This document shows, one piece after another, positions 26,367-40,445 of a DNA stretch of 64,000 nt. Position numbers and translations under genes: made by a program. Origin of the DNA: the human T2T-CHM13v2.0 reference genome, Homo sapiens; NCBI RefSeq assembly GCF_009914755.1, contig NC_060932.1, one strand, 5' to 3'. The notes beneath the pieces were generated by a model, which was not told the origin of the DNA, made no database searches, and saw nothing but the letters and a program-made list of their open reading frames with translations. Position 1 is the stretch's first letter. Each line of letters opens with the position of its first letter.

Positions 26367-27428
26367 TATTGTGGGATATCAGGGACCCCAAATGGAGGGA
26401 CCAGCTTAAGCCATGACAGAAGAACACAAATTGTGAAGATTTCATGTACATTTATTAGTTCCCCAAATTAATACTTTTATAGTATCTTATGCCTGTCTTT
26501 ACTGCAATCTCTGAACATAAATTGTGAAGATTTCATGGACATTCATCACTTCCCCAGTCAATACTCTTGTGATTTCCTAGGCCTATCTTTATTTTAATCT
26601 CTTAATCCCATCATCTTCATAAGCTGAGGCTGTATGGCACCTCAGGACCCTGTGATGGTTGCATTAACTGCACAAATTGTTTGTAGAGCATGTGTGTTTG
26701 AACAATATGAAACCTGAGCACCTTAAGAACAGGAAAATAGCGATTTTCAGGGAACAAGGGAGATAATTTTAAAGTCTGGCTCTCTGGGGCTGGGCAGGAG
26801 AGAGCCATATTTCTCTTATTACCAAAAATGGGGAAGAGAAGTTATCGCTGAATTCTTTCCCCAGTAAGGAATATTGATAATTAACAGCCCTGGGAAAAGA
26901 ATGCATTCCCAGGGGAGGCCTCTGAAATGGCCACCCTGAGAGTGTCTGCTTTATGCAGATGTAGATAGAAGTGAAACATGCCCTAGTCTCCTGCAGCACT
27001 CCCCAGCTTGCTAGGATTAGGAAATTCCAGCCTGGCAATTTCTAGTCAGACTGATTATCTGCTCTTGAACCCTAACAATGCATGCACAGTGGGACATGGA
27101 ATTTCATTAGTGATTCTAGTTTCACCCTGACCTTGTGATCTCTCCCTGACCTCCTGCCTTGTGATCTTTTGTCACCCTTGAAGCGTGTGATCTCTGTGAC
27201 CCACACCCTATTCTTGCACTCCCTCCCCTTTGAAAATTGCTAATAAAAACTTGCTGGTTTTATGGCCCAGGGGGCATCACGGAACCTGCTGACATGTGAT
27301 GTCTTTCTCGGACACCCAGCTTTAAAATTTCTCTCTTTTGTGCTCTTTCCCTTTATTTCTCAGATCAGCTGACATGGGAAATAGAAAAGAACCCACGTGA
27401 AATATTGGGGGCTGAATTTCCCACTATA
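26367..27428 (+). mobile_element. 5' LTR, MER11 (MER11C-like)
   Basis: Begins tattgtgggatatcagggacccc; carries the MER11 internal repeat aaattgtgaagatttcatg twice; AATAAA near 27242. Confidence 0.9.
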
Positions 27429-27430
27429 TC

Positions 27431-27448
27431 TGGCACCCACATGGTCTT
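27431..27448 (+). promoter_or_regulatory. Degenerate tRNA-Lys primer binding site
   Basis: tggcacccacatggtc immediately after the 5' LTR, resembling the HERV-K PBS TGGCGCCCAACGTGGGGC; candidate splice donor tggtgagta at 27551. Confidence 0.7.
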
Positions 27449-27583
27449 TCTTTTGTCCTAAGTGCATGTGGGAACCCGATTCCCTTTGGCAGGTGCACAG
27501 AAACGTCATCAGTTTGGTCCATAGATAAGCATGCTCAACTCCCTGATGACTGGTGAGTAGTCTTTGTGTGGTCTGGGTTAACT

Positions 27584-28697
27584 ATGGGTCACACTGAGTA
27601 TGAAAATTATACTTATCTCTTCTATATTAAAGTCCAGTTAAAACAGAAAAGGATTCGAGTGCCCATGGAAAATATGGTCACTCTGCTCAGGGCAGTGGTA
27701 AAATTCTGTCCTTGGATTCCTGAAAAATGAACCTTAGATGTAGACCTGTTAAAACAGGGAAGGGTCTGAGTAACCATGGAAAATATGGTCACTCGATTCA
27801 GGGTGGTGGAAAAATACTGTCCTTTGTTTCCTGAAAAAGGAACCATGCATGTAAAATAAAGTATGGGATTGTGTTGGTGCAACATTCTGGAAACTGGTCT
27901 TGACAGGAAATTATGTTCCCATCACTGTTTGGGCCTTGGTATGTGCTGTCCTAATACTTCCTCAACTTTCCTCTCCTGCAGGGCCTTCATTATCTGATCA
28001 GCCTCTCCCTTCAGCTACTCCTCCCCCACCTAACAATGCTGAAAATTCAATATCTAACTCCAGTGACTTTGGCTTAATGTTATCACCTATGTATCTTCTT
28101 TTCACGAAGAGCTTGTACTTGAAGCTCCCACAACTCACACAGCCCAGGACCATTGATATGCTAATTTTTCTCTCTTCAAACCTCTGGCATCAGCTAATGG
28201 CTCCAGGTCCAAACTACAATTTACCTATAATCCTCCAGGCCCTGCCCCATCCAGTGCAGCCCCTCACCCTCCTGTGGTTTCGGTTCCTCAACTGGTTTGC
28301 ATCATTATGTACCTCTCAATCTTACCTTTTTAAAAGAATTTATGGATGCTTGTACTCAGTATGGTCCTACTACCCCTTTTGTTAAAATGGTATTACACAC
28401 TTTTTGTATTGAGGTCATTTTGCTTCCTTTAGACTAGGACCTTTTGGCAAAAACTGATCTAACTCCATCTCAGCCTGGTAGACAGAGGAGATACATCTCT
28501 AGGCTCAGCTAAATCAGACTAATGGCATTCTAACTACTCAGGCTCAGCTCACAGGCTCTGATAGTTTCTCTGATACTTATGCCCAATTAGGCTTTGATGC
28601 TCTTAACACAAAACAAGTAACAAAGTTGTGTATGAGAGCTTGGGATAAATTACATGCCCCAGGCCAAGCTCTTGTTTCTTTTACTACTGTTAAACAA
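27584..28697 (+). pseudogene. gag: HML-8 gag remnant (MA, partial CA), deleted and frameshifted
   Basis: ATG GGT start at 27584; CPWIPE/CPLFPEKG matrix motif; LCMRAWDKL...SFTTVKQ capsid region; no NC zinc knuckles seen. Confidence 0.75.
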
Positions 28698-29040
28698 GCT
28701 CAATTGCTTTTACTACCTAATATTGTTTTAAACAAAGGAGATAAGGCACGTGGCCCTAGGATGGGCTCTGTCAGTGAAAAGGCAGTTTATTGGGTTAATA
28801 TAATTTCTAAACAACGACCCACCTACACTATACACATTCAAGGAAAAAGTTTTGAGGGCCTAGTAGATACTGTGGCTGAAATTAATATTGCACATAATTC
28901 TTATAGTGTTCTCAGTTAACATATGATGGAAAACATGGATTTGTTCCTGGGCTCAGTCTCAGTCCAAAGCATGAAGGGATTACTAAACCCCTCCCAATTA
29001 CTGTAAAATAAGACAGTAATGGTTTAGTTTATCCTTTTTA
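28698..29040 (+). pseudogene. pro: HML-8 pro remnant (dUTPase C-terminal end and protease)
   Basis: AQLLLLP...VYWVNIISKQRPTYTIHIQGKSFEGLVDTVAE (degenerate DTGAD) in ORF 28626-28919. Confidence 0.85.
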
Positions 29041-30000
29041 GTGGCGGTCGCTGCCATGCCTCCTGATCCTATCCCTTTACAATGAAAATCTGACACACCC
29101 ATTTGGATTAAGCAGCGGCTGCTTTCTAAAGAAAAACTGGCAGCTTTAACTCAATTGGTTTCTAAACCGCTACAACTTGGAAATGTGGAACCTTCTCTTT
29201 TCCCCTGGAATTCTCCTGTGTTTCCACTAGAAAAAAAAAATCAGTCAAGTGGCAGATGGTAACCAATTTAAGGGCTATTAACGTTATAATTAAGCCTATG
29301 GGACCCATCAAACCCAGTATGCCTTCCCCTGCTTTAATATCTAAAATTGGCCTCTCATAGTTATTGATCTTAAAGATTTTTTTCATATTGTTTTACATAA
29401 ATCAGATTGTGAAAAATTTGCTTTTACTGTACCATCTATCAATAATCTGGAGCCTGCAGCTCATTGTCAATGGAAAGTACTTCCTCAGGGAATGCAAAAT
29501 AGCCCTACAATCTGCCAGCTTTATGTTGGACAAGTGCTTTCACCAGTTCAAGCCCAATTTACTGAGGCCTATATTCTTCATTATATTGATGATATTTTAA
29601 TTACTGCCCCCACTGATAAAGAATTAATTGACTGTTATCAAATTTTGAGCCCCCGTGTTACAGAGGCTGGATTACACTCCCTCAGGATAAAATTCAACAG
29701 ACCACTCCTGTTCCATATTTAGAAATGGTGGTCAATAAACAATGTATTCAACCTCAAAAAGTCCAAATTAGGACAGATTCTTTGAAAACTTTAAACAACG
29801 TCCAAAAAATTTTGGGTAACATTAATTATTTAAGACCTATGGACTAGCTTATTTCTACCTCTTATACTTCTGCTCAAAAGGCAGAGTTAATTCCTGTAAT
29901 TACTGCCTTACAGGATTTCCCCAAACCCTTAAATATTGTCTCTGATTCTACTTAAAGTGGGAAAGAGGATATGCTTTTGTTTCACCAGGAGATCATCAAA
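29040..30000 (+). pseudogene. pol: HML-8 pol remnant (RT with YIDD; short RNase H and integrase scraps)
   Basis: MQNSPTICQLYVGQ...ILHYIDDILI; SAQKAEL and NIVSDS RNase H pieces; W-RGYA integrase C-terminal piece. Confidence 0.88.
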
Positions 30001-30024
30001 CAAAAACCACAGATAAAAGACATC

Positions 30025-32100
30025 CATGTCAAAGGTTGCCCTCAGAAGTGGTGAGATCTGTGCCAACTCCTTAGAAGGTGGTACACCAAATCACAATAGG
30101 TCTGATTCAATCCTCCCTGATGGCAATGAAGACCCATCTATCTGATCCCACTTCTCCTGATTACCTTTCTTTTTCTCCTTACAAACCTAGAAATCTCACC
30201 ATTTCTATTAGCCTGAACATAACATCCCTCTGCTCTTCTGTTCCTCCTTTAGCACTCAATCTCACTAAAATGGGTTTTATTTAATGGTTCTCCAACTAAA
30301 ACTTTCTGTTTCTCCAGTTTCCTCTTACACTGATTTACCTGCTACACAATATTACTCTTATTGTGCTTAGGTGCCTTTTCATCCACTTATTCAACCTCTC
30401 ACCTGGATACATGCTCCTGCAGAAATCTATACTAACGATAGTGTGTGGATGCCTGGAGCTAGAGATGACCATTGCCCTGTTCAACCAGGACAGGAAGACG
30501 CTGCATTTAATGTACCATGGGTTATAAATACCCCCCTCTGTGCTTTGGACATGCTTCTGGTTGTATCCATCTAGAAACTCAAGTCTAGACTGCTTATCTT
30601 GTGGAGAGATCAGCTACAGAAGAACTGGGACATTTGGTCTTTAGCCTCTCCCTTTCTCCTTTAAGACAAATGAAAGGGGGAGTAATGGGAGATATCCCAT
30701 ACTTTCAATATAAACCTGCAGGAAAACCCTGCCCTAAAAATTTTGAGGGCCCATCTAAAACTTTAATTTGGGAAGATTGTGTTAACTCACATGTGATAAT
30801 ATTAAAAATGATTCACAAGGTTTAGTAATAGACTGGGCACCAAAGGGCTATTTAAAAAACAATTGCTTCTCTGGTGGAAAGGAAGGCCTGGAGGCTACTT
30901 ATTTTATTTCTTATCAGGAGAACGAGAATCATCATTCAACTTTGCGTAGGAGGTTCAGCTCATTCTTTCCCTTAAAATGGGAAGATAAAAGCATTACCCC
31001 CCCGAGGACTCGTATGATACTCGCCATTCTGAGCCCAGAACTTTGGAAATTGGCTATTGCCATGTCGGGACTGTAAGTATGGGAAGGGAAAACTATTGTG
31101 TCTGTTGTCCCCACTACCGTCCCCCTCTCCCAGTATCAATGTAGATTCAGACTTTCTGCTTTACTTACCTCCAACCTGACTGTTCCCATAGAGAGTTGTG
31201 TTAAGCCTCCTTACATGATGTTAGTGGGAAATATCAAAATTTGGACAAACACTCAAATGGTCCAAAGCATTAATTGTCATTTACACTTGTATTAACTCCC
31301 ATTTTGACTCCAAGAAAAGTGTAATGTTGGTTTGAGCTCAAGAAGGAATCTGGACTCCGGTAACTTTGCCCATACCTTGGGAATCCTACTCCTCGATACA
31401 TTTAATTAATGAAGTCTTACAGCAAATTCTAAAAAGATCCAAGAGATTTGTTTTCACTTTAATGGCTGTGATCATGGGCCTAATTACAGTCACTGCACTG
31501 GCCACCACTGCTGGAATGGCGTTACATCAATCTATTCAAATGGCTCATTTTCTTAATGACTGGCAAGCAAATTCCACCCAAATGTGGAATTCTCAAAAAG
31601 GCATTGATCAAAAATTGTCTAATCAAATCAATGATTTCAGATGGTCTGTTATTTGACTTGGAGATTGGGTAGTGAGTCTCAAAAATCAGATGCAAAAGCA
31701 GTGTGATTGGAATACTTCAGATTACTGTATCACCCCATATTCCTATAATGAGACTGATCATTCATGAGAAATGGTCAAAGACACCTTCTGGGTTGGGAAG
31801 ATAATTTATCATTGGACATAACTAAATTAAAGAAATAAATTTTTGAAACCTCTCAAGCTCGCTTATCCATTTTGCCTGGAGATAAGGTGTTAGATCAGGT
31901 GGTAGAAAATCTTGATGGATTAAACCCCATGACTTGGATTAAGTCTATTGGGGGCTCCACTGTAGTAAATTTAGGAATTATGTTTCTCTGTTTAATTGGC
32001 TTGTTTTTAGTGGGTTGGACCAGTCAAAGAATCCTGTGTCAAAATCGAGAAAATGAACAAGCCTTCATTGCCATGGCACAATTATATAAAAAGAAAGGGA
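30025..32100 (+). pseudogene. env: HML-8 env, disrupted
   Basis: [55 protein letters not shown] (furin site and fusion peptide), GLNPMTWIKSIGGS. Confidence 0.9.
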
Positions 32101-32104
32101 GAAA

Positions 32105-33171
32105 TGTTGCAGGAAGTCAGGGACACCGAATGGAGGGACTGGCTGAAGCCATGGCAGAAAAACATAAATTGTGAAGATTTCATGGACATTTATTAGTTCC
32201 CCAAATTAATACTTTTATAATTTCTTAGGCCTGTCTTTACTGCAATCTCTGAACATAAATTGTGAAGATTTCATGGACATTTATCATCTCTCCAATCAAT
32301 ACTCTTGTGATTTCCTATGCCTGTCTTTACTTTAGTCTCTTAATCCCTTTATATTCGTATGCTGAAGATGTATGTTGCCTCAGGACCCTATGATGATTGT
32401 GCTAACTGCACAAACTGTTTGTAGAGCATGCGTTTTTGAACAATATGAAATCTGGGCACCTTAATAACAGGATAACAGTGATTTTCAGGAAACAAGGGAG
32501 ATAACCTTAAAGTCTGGCTCCCTGTGGCCTTGGCAGTGCAGAGCCATATTTCTCTTATTACTGGAAACGGGTAAGAGAAGTTATCACTGAATTCTTTCCC
32601 CAGTAAGGAGGACTAATAATTAACAGCCCTGGGAAAAGAATGCATTTCCAGGGGAGGCCTCTGAAATGGCCACCCTGAGAGTTTCTGCCTTTATGCAGAC
32701 GTAGATAGGGATGAAAGATGCCCTAGTCTCCTGCAGCACCTCCAGGCTTGCTAGGATTAGGAAATTCCAGCCTGGCAATTTCTAGTCAGACCAGTTCTCT
32801 GCTCTTGAATCCTGACAATGTGTGCACAGCAGGACATTGAAGTTCATTAGTGATTCTAGATTCACCCTGACCTTATGATCTTGAACTGACCTCCTGCCTT
32901 GTGATCTTTTGTCACCCTTGAAGCATGTGATCTCTGTGACCCACACCCTATTCTTGCACTCCTTCCCCTTTGAAAATTCCTAATAAAAACTTGCTGGTTT
33001 TATGGCTCAGGGGGCATCACAGAACCTGCTGACATGTGATGTCTTCCTCGGACACCCAGATTTAAAATTTCTCCCTTTTGTACTCTTTCCCTTTATTTCT
33101 CAGACCAGCTGACACTTAGGGAAACAGAAAAGAACCCACGTGAAATATCAGGGGCTGAAAGTCCCCCAAAA
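32105..33171 (+). mobile_element. 3' LTR, MER11
   Basis: Starts tgttgcaggaagtcaggg after the PPT aaaaagaaagggagaaa (32088-32104); colinear with the 5' LTR. Confidence 0.92.
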
Positions 33172-35012
33172 GTAATCACTGCGTACGATCTGTGAAGGGA
33201 CATTTTGCAGATCTGTGGATTCATCTCACAGAGTTCAAACTTTTTTTGATTCAGCAGTTTGGAAGCACTCTTTCTGGAAAATCTGTGAGATGACATTTTG
33301 GAATCCATTGAAGACTATAGGAAAAACAGCATATCCCCAGTTAAAAGCTACAAAGAAGCTATCTGTGAAACTTCTTTGTGATGTGTGGATTCATCTCACA
33401 AGGTAAGCCTTTCTTTTGTTTCAGCATGTTGGAAACACTTTTTTTTGTAGAAACTTCAAAGGGACATTGGGGAGATTTTTGAAACTTATTGGGAAAAAAT
33501 TAATACTTCCAGATAAAAACTAGAAAGAAGCTATCTGTGAAATGGCTTTGTGATTTGTTGATTCATCTCACAGAGTTAAGCCTTTATTTTCATGCAACAG
33601 GTAGGAAACACTCTTTTCAAAGGAACTGTGAAGGGATAATTGGGAGCCCAATGAGTCCTATAGGAAAAAAAAAGAATATCCCAAGATAAGTAAAAAGAAG
33701 TTATCTGTGAAACTGCTGTGTGATGTGTGGATTAACCTCACAGAGTTAAAACTTTCTTCTGATTCAGCAGGTTAAAAACCCTCTTTTTGGAGAATATGCA
33801 AAGGGATATTTGGGAGCCTATTGTGGCCAAAGTAGAAAAAATGAAAATTCCCATACAAAAACTTGAAATAAGTTCTCTGTGAAACTGCTTTGTGATGTGT
33901 GGATTCATCTTACACAGTTAAACCTTTCTTTTTAATCTGCAGATTGGAAACACTTTATTTGGAAAAGCTACTAATGAATATTAGGAAGCCCACTGAGGTT
34001 AGGGGGAAAAACCAATAACCCACAGATAGATAAAAACTATGAAGAAGCTATCTGTGAAACTTCTTTTTGATATGTGGATTCATCTCACAGAGGTAAATTT
34101 TTCTTTTGATTTAGCAGTTTGGAAACACTCTTTTTGTAGAATTTGCAAAGGGACATTTGGGAGCCAATTGAAGCCTATTGGGAAAAAAATGAATATCCCC
34201 AGATAAAAATGATAAAGAAGGTATCTGTGAAACTGCTTTTTGATATGTAAATACATCTTGCTTAAACCTTTCTTTTCATACAACAGGTTGGAAACGCTCT
34301 AAATGTTGAATCTGCAAAGAAACATTTGGGACTCCATTGAGGTCTATGGGGAAAAACCGAATATGCCCAATTAAAAACTAGAAAGAAGCTATCTGTGAAG
34401 TTGCGTTTTGATGTGTGGATTCATGTCCAAGAGGTAAACCTATGATTCAGCAGGTTGGAAACACTCTCTTTGGAGCACATGCAAAGGACATTTGAAATCC
34501 TATTGAGGCCTATGGGTAAAAACTGAATATCCTCAGATAAAAACTAGAAAGAATCTATCTGTGAAACTGCTTTGTGATATGTGGATTCATCTCACAGAGT
34601 TAAACTTTTTGTCTTAGTTTAAAGGTTGGAAACACTCTTTTTGGGGGAATCTCTGAAGGGAAATTTGGGAGCCCATTGAGGCATATGGGAAAAATACAAA
34701 AATCTCCAGATAAAAGCTAGAAAGAAATTTTCTTAGAATCAGATTTGTGACGTGTGGATTCATCTAACAGAGTTACACCTTTCTTTTCATTAAGCAGGTT
34801 GAACACACTCTGTTTGGAGAATCTGTGAAGGGACAGTGGGGAGACCATTGAGGCCTCTCAGGGAAAACAGAATATGCCCAGAACAAAACAAGAAGGAAAT
34901 AATCTGTGAAAGTGCTTTGTGAGGTGTGGAGTTATCTGAGAGAGTTAACCATTTCTTTTGATTCAGTAGGTTGGACACATTCTTTCTGGAGAATATATGA
35001 AGGGACATTTCA
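33172..35012 (+). repeat. Ancient monomeric alpha-satellite
   Basis: Same ancient monomer type resumes after the TSD. Confidence 0.96.
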
Positions 35013-35375
35013 AAAAGCTCCCCAATATCCCTTCGCAGATTCTAGAGAAAAAGTGTTTCCAACATGCTGAATCAAAAAAGGCATAGCTTTGTGAGATGAA
35101 TCCACAAATTACAGAACAGTTTTATGGATAGCTTCCTTCTAGTTTTTATCTGGGGATATTCCATTTATTTACAGAGGCCTCAATTGGCTCCCAAGTGTCT
35201 TTTCACAGATTCTCCAAAAAGAGTGTTTCCAACTTGCTGAATCAAAAGAAACTTTTAACTCTGTGAGATGAATCCACATATCACAAAGCAGTTACACTGG
35301 TACCTTCTTTGTAGTTTTTATCTGGGGATATTCAGTTTTCCTCATAGGTCCCAAAGGGCTATCAAATGTCCCTTC
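35013..35375 (-). repeat. About two inverted ancient alpha-satellite monomers
   Basis: Reverse-complement monomers starting gctccccaatatcccttcgcagattc. Confidence 0.92.
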
Positions 35376-35380
35376 GTTTA

Positions 35381-37127
<1,747 letters not shown>

Positions 37128-37190
37128 TATGATGTTAGCTGGTTATTTTGCTCGTTAGTTCATGCAGTTTCTTCCTAGTCTCGATGGTCT

Positions 37191-38203
37191 TTACATTTTG
37201 GCATGATTTTGCAGCGGCTGGTACCGGTTGTTCCTTTCTATGTTTAGCACTTCCTTCAGGAGCTCTTTTAGGGCAGGCCTGGTGGTGACAAAATCTCTTG
37301 GCATTTGCTTGTCTGTAAAGTATTTTATTTCTCCTTCACTTATGAAGCTTAGTTTGGCTGGATATGAAATTCTGGGTTGAAAATTCTTTTCTTTAAGAAT
37401 GTTGAATATTGGCCCCCACTCTCTTCTGGCTTGGAGAGTTTCTTCCCAGAGATCCCCTGTTAGTCTGATGGGCTTCCCTTTGTGGGTAACCCGACCTTTC
37501 TCTGTGGCTGCCCTTAACATTTTTTCCCTCATTTCAACTTTGGTGAATCTGACAATTATGTGTCTTGGAGTTGCTCTTCTCGAGGACTATCTCTGTGGTG
37601 TTCTCTGTATTTTCTGCATCGGAATGTTGGCCTGCCTTGCTAGATTGGGGAAGTTCTCCTGGATAATACCCTGCAGAGTGTTTTCTAACTTGGTTCCATT
37701 CTCCGAATCACTTTCAAGTACACCAATCAGACGTAGATTTGGTCTTTTCACATAGTCTCATAATTCTTGGAGGCTTTGTTCATTTCTTTTTATTCTTTTT
37801 TCTCTAAACTTTCTTTCTTGCTTCATTTCATTCATTTCATCTTCCACCGCTGATACCCTTTCTTCCAGTTGATCCTATTGGCTCCTGAGGCTTCTGCATT
37901 TTTCACGTAGTTCTCGAGCCTTGGCTTTCAGCTTCATCAGCTCCTTTAAGCACTTCTCTGTATTGGTTATTCTAGTTACACATTCGTCTAAATTTTCTTC
38001 AAAGTTTTTAACTTCTTTGACTTTGGTTAGAATTTCGTCCTGTAGCTCGTAGTTTGATCGTCTGAAGCCTTCTTCTCCCAACTTGTCAAAGTCATTCTCC
38101 GTCCAGCTTTGTTCCATTGCTGGTGAGGAACTGCATTCCTTTGGAGGAGGAGAGGTGCTCTGTTTTTAGAGTGACCAGTTTTTCTGCTCTGTTTTTTCCC
38201 CAT
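37191..38203 (-). pseudogene. L1 ORF1p, disrupted
   Basis: ATG at 38203; fragments MEQSWTENDFDKL and REKMLRAATEKGRVT...RYQPLQNHAKM. Confidence 0.92.
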
Positions 38204-38415
38204 CTTTGTGGATTTATCTACATTTGGTCTTTGATGATGGTGATGTACAGATGTATTTTTGGTGTGGATATCCTTTCTGTTTGTTAGTTTTCCTTCTAAC
38301 AGACAGGACCCTCAGCTGCAGGTCTGCTGGAGTTTGTCTAAGAAACTTCTTTGTGATGTGTGCATTCAACTCACAGAGTTGAATCTTTCTTTGATAAAGC
38401 AGTTTTAAAACACTC

Positions 38416-40445
38416 TTTTTGTAGAATCTGCAAAAGGATATTTGGAGCACTTTGAGGCCTATGGTAGAAAAGAAAATATCCTCACATAAAAACTAGACAG
38501 AAGCATTCTCAGAAAGTTATTTGTGATGTGTTCATTCAACTCACAGAGTTGAACCTTCCTTTTCATAGAGCTTTTTTGAAACACCCTTTTTGTAGAATCT
38601 GCATGTTGATGTTTTTAATGCTTTGAGGTCTCTGGTGGAAAAGGAAATATCTTCACATAAAGAGTAGACAGACGCATTCTCAGAAACATCCTTGTGATGT
38701 GTGCATTCAACTCACAGAGTTGAACATTTCTTTTGATAGTGCAGTTTTGAAACAGTCTTTTTGTAGAATCTGCAAGAGGATGCTTGGAGCAATCGGGGGC
38801 ATACGGTGGAAAAGGAAATATCTTCGCATAAAAACTAGACAGAAGCATTCTCAGAAACTTCTCTTTGATGTGTGCATTCAACTCACAGAGTTAAAACTTT
38901 CTTTTTGTAGAGCAGTTTTGAAACACTATTTTGTAGAACCTCCAAGTGGATATTTGGAGTGCTTTGAGGCCTATGGTGGAAAAGGAAATATCTTCACATA
39001 AAAAATAGACAGAAGCATTCTCAGAAACCTCTTTGTGATGTGTGCATTCAATTCACAGAGTTTAACCTTTCTTTTGATGGAGCAGTTTTAAAACGCTCTT
39101 TTTATAGAATCTGCAAGTGGATATTTGGAGCGCTTTGAGGCCTATGGTGGAAAAGGAAATATCCTCACGTAAAAACTAGACAGAATTATTCTCAGAAACT
39201 TCTTGGTGATGTGTGCATTCAACTCACAGAGTTGAACCTTACTTTTGATAGAGCGGTTTAGAAACACTCTTTTTGTAGCAACTGCAAGAGGATGATTGGA
39301 GCTTTTTGGATAAAAGGAAATATCTTCCCATAAAAACTAGACAGAAGCATTCTCAGAAACTTCTTTGTGATGTGTGCATTCAACTCACAGAGTTGAACCT
39401 TTCTTTTGATAGAGCAGTTTTGCAACACACTTTTTGTAGAATCTGCAAAAGGATATTTGGAGCACTTTGAGGCCTATGGTAGAAAAGAAAATATCCTCAC
39501 ATAAAAACTAGACAGAAGCATTCTCAGAAAGTTATTTGTGATGTGTGCATTCAACTCACAGAGTTGAACCTTCCTTTTCATAGAGCTTTTTTGAAACACC
39601 CTTTTTGTAGAATCTGCATGTTGATGTTTTTAATGCTTTGAGGTCTCTGGTGGAAAAGGAAATATCTTCACATAAAGAGTAGACAGACGCATTCTCAGAA
39701 ACATCCTTGTGATGTGTGCATTCAACTCACAGAGTTGAACATTTCTTTTGATAGAGCAGTTTTGAAACAGTCTTTTTGTAGAATCTGCAAGAGGATGCTT
39801 GGAGCAATCGGGGGCATACGGTGGAAAAGGAAATATCTTCGCATAAAAACTAGACAGAAGCATTCTCAGAAACTTCTCTTTGATGTGTGCATTCAACTCA
39901 CAGAGTTAAAACTTTCTTTTTGTAGAGCAGTTTTGAAACACTATTTTGTAGAACCTCCAAGTGGATATTTGGAGTGCTTTGAGGCCTATGGTGGAAAAGG
40001 AAATATCTTCACATAAAAAATAGACAGAAGCATTCTCAGAAACCTCTTTGTGATGTGTGCATTCAATTCACAGAGTTTAACCTTTCTTTTGATGGAGCAG
40101 TTTTAAAACGCTCTTTTTATAGAATCTGCAAGTGGATATTTGGAGTGCTTTGAGGCCTATGGTGGAAAAGGAAATATCCTCACGTAAAAACTAGACAGAA
40201 TTATTCTCAGAAACTTCTTGGTGATGTGTGCATTCAACTCACAGAGTTGAACCTTACTTTTGATAGAGCGGTTTAGAAACACTCTTTTTGTAGCAACTGC
40301 AAGAGGATGATTGGAGCTTTTTGGATAAAAGGAAATATCTTCCCATAAAAACTAGACAGAAGCATTCTCAGAAACTTCTTTGTGATGTGTGCATTCAACT
40401 CACAGAGTTGAACCTTTCTTTTGATAGAGCAGTTTTGAAACACAC
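38416..40445 (+). repeat. Near-identical tandem duplication of a 1015-bp, 6-monomer unit
   Basis: ORFs 38615/39630 and 38699/39714 are offset by 1015 and nearly identical; private variants shared (caatcgggggcatacgg; deleted monomer gctttttggataaaagg). Confidence 0.95.

Larger units (their letters stand above)
26367..33171 (+). mobile_element. HERV-K11 (HML-8) provirus with MER11 LTRs, internally deleted (~6.8 kb), 6-bp TSD GTAATC
   Basis: Two ~1.06-kb direct LTRs, GTAATC at 26361-26366 and 33172-33177, PBS, gag-pro-pol-env remnants and PPT. Confidence 0.92.

Noticed and set aside
27900-28385. 161-aa ORF with a hydrophobic N-terminus and Pro-rich stretch
   Set aside because: Lies within the deleted and frameshifted HML-8 gag; non-ATG start; no independent support.
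3174-35375. Regular repeats that might be read as a CRISPR-like array
   Set aside because: Whole monomers are homologous, there are no unique spacers or cas genes, and the context is primate satellite.
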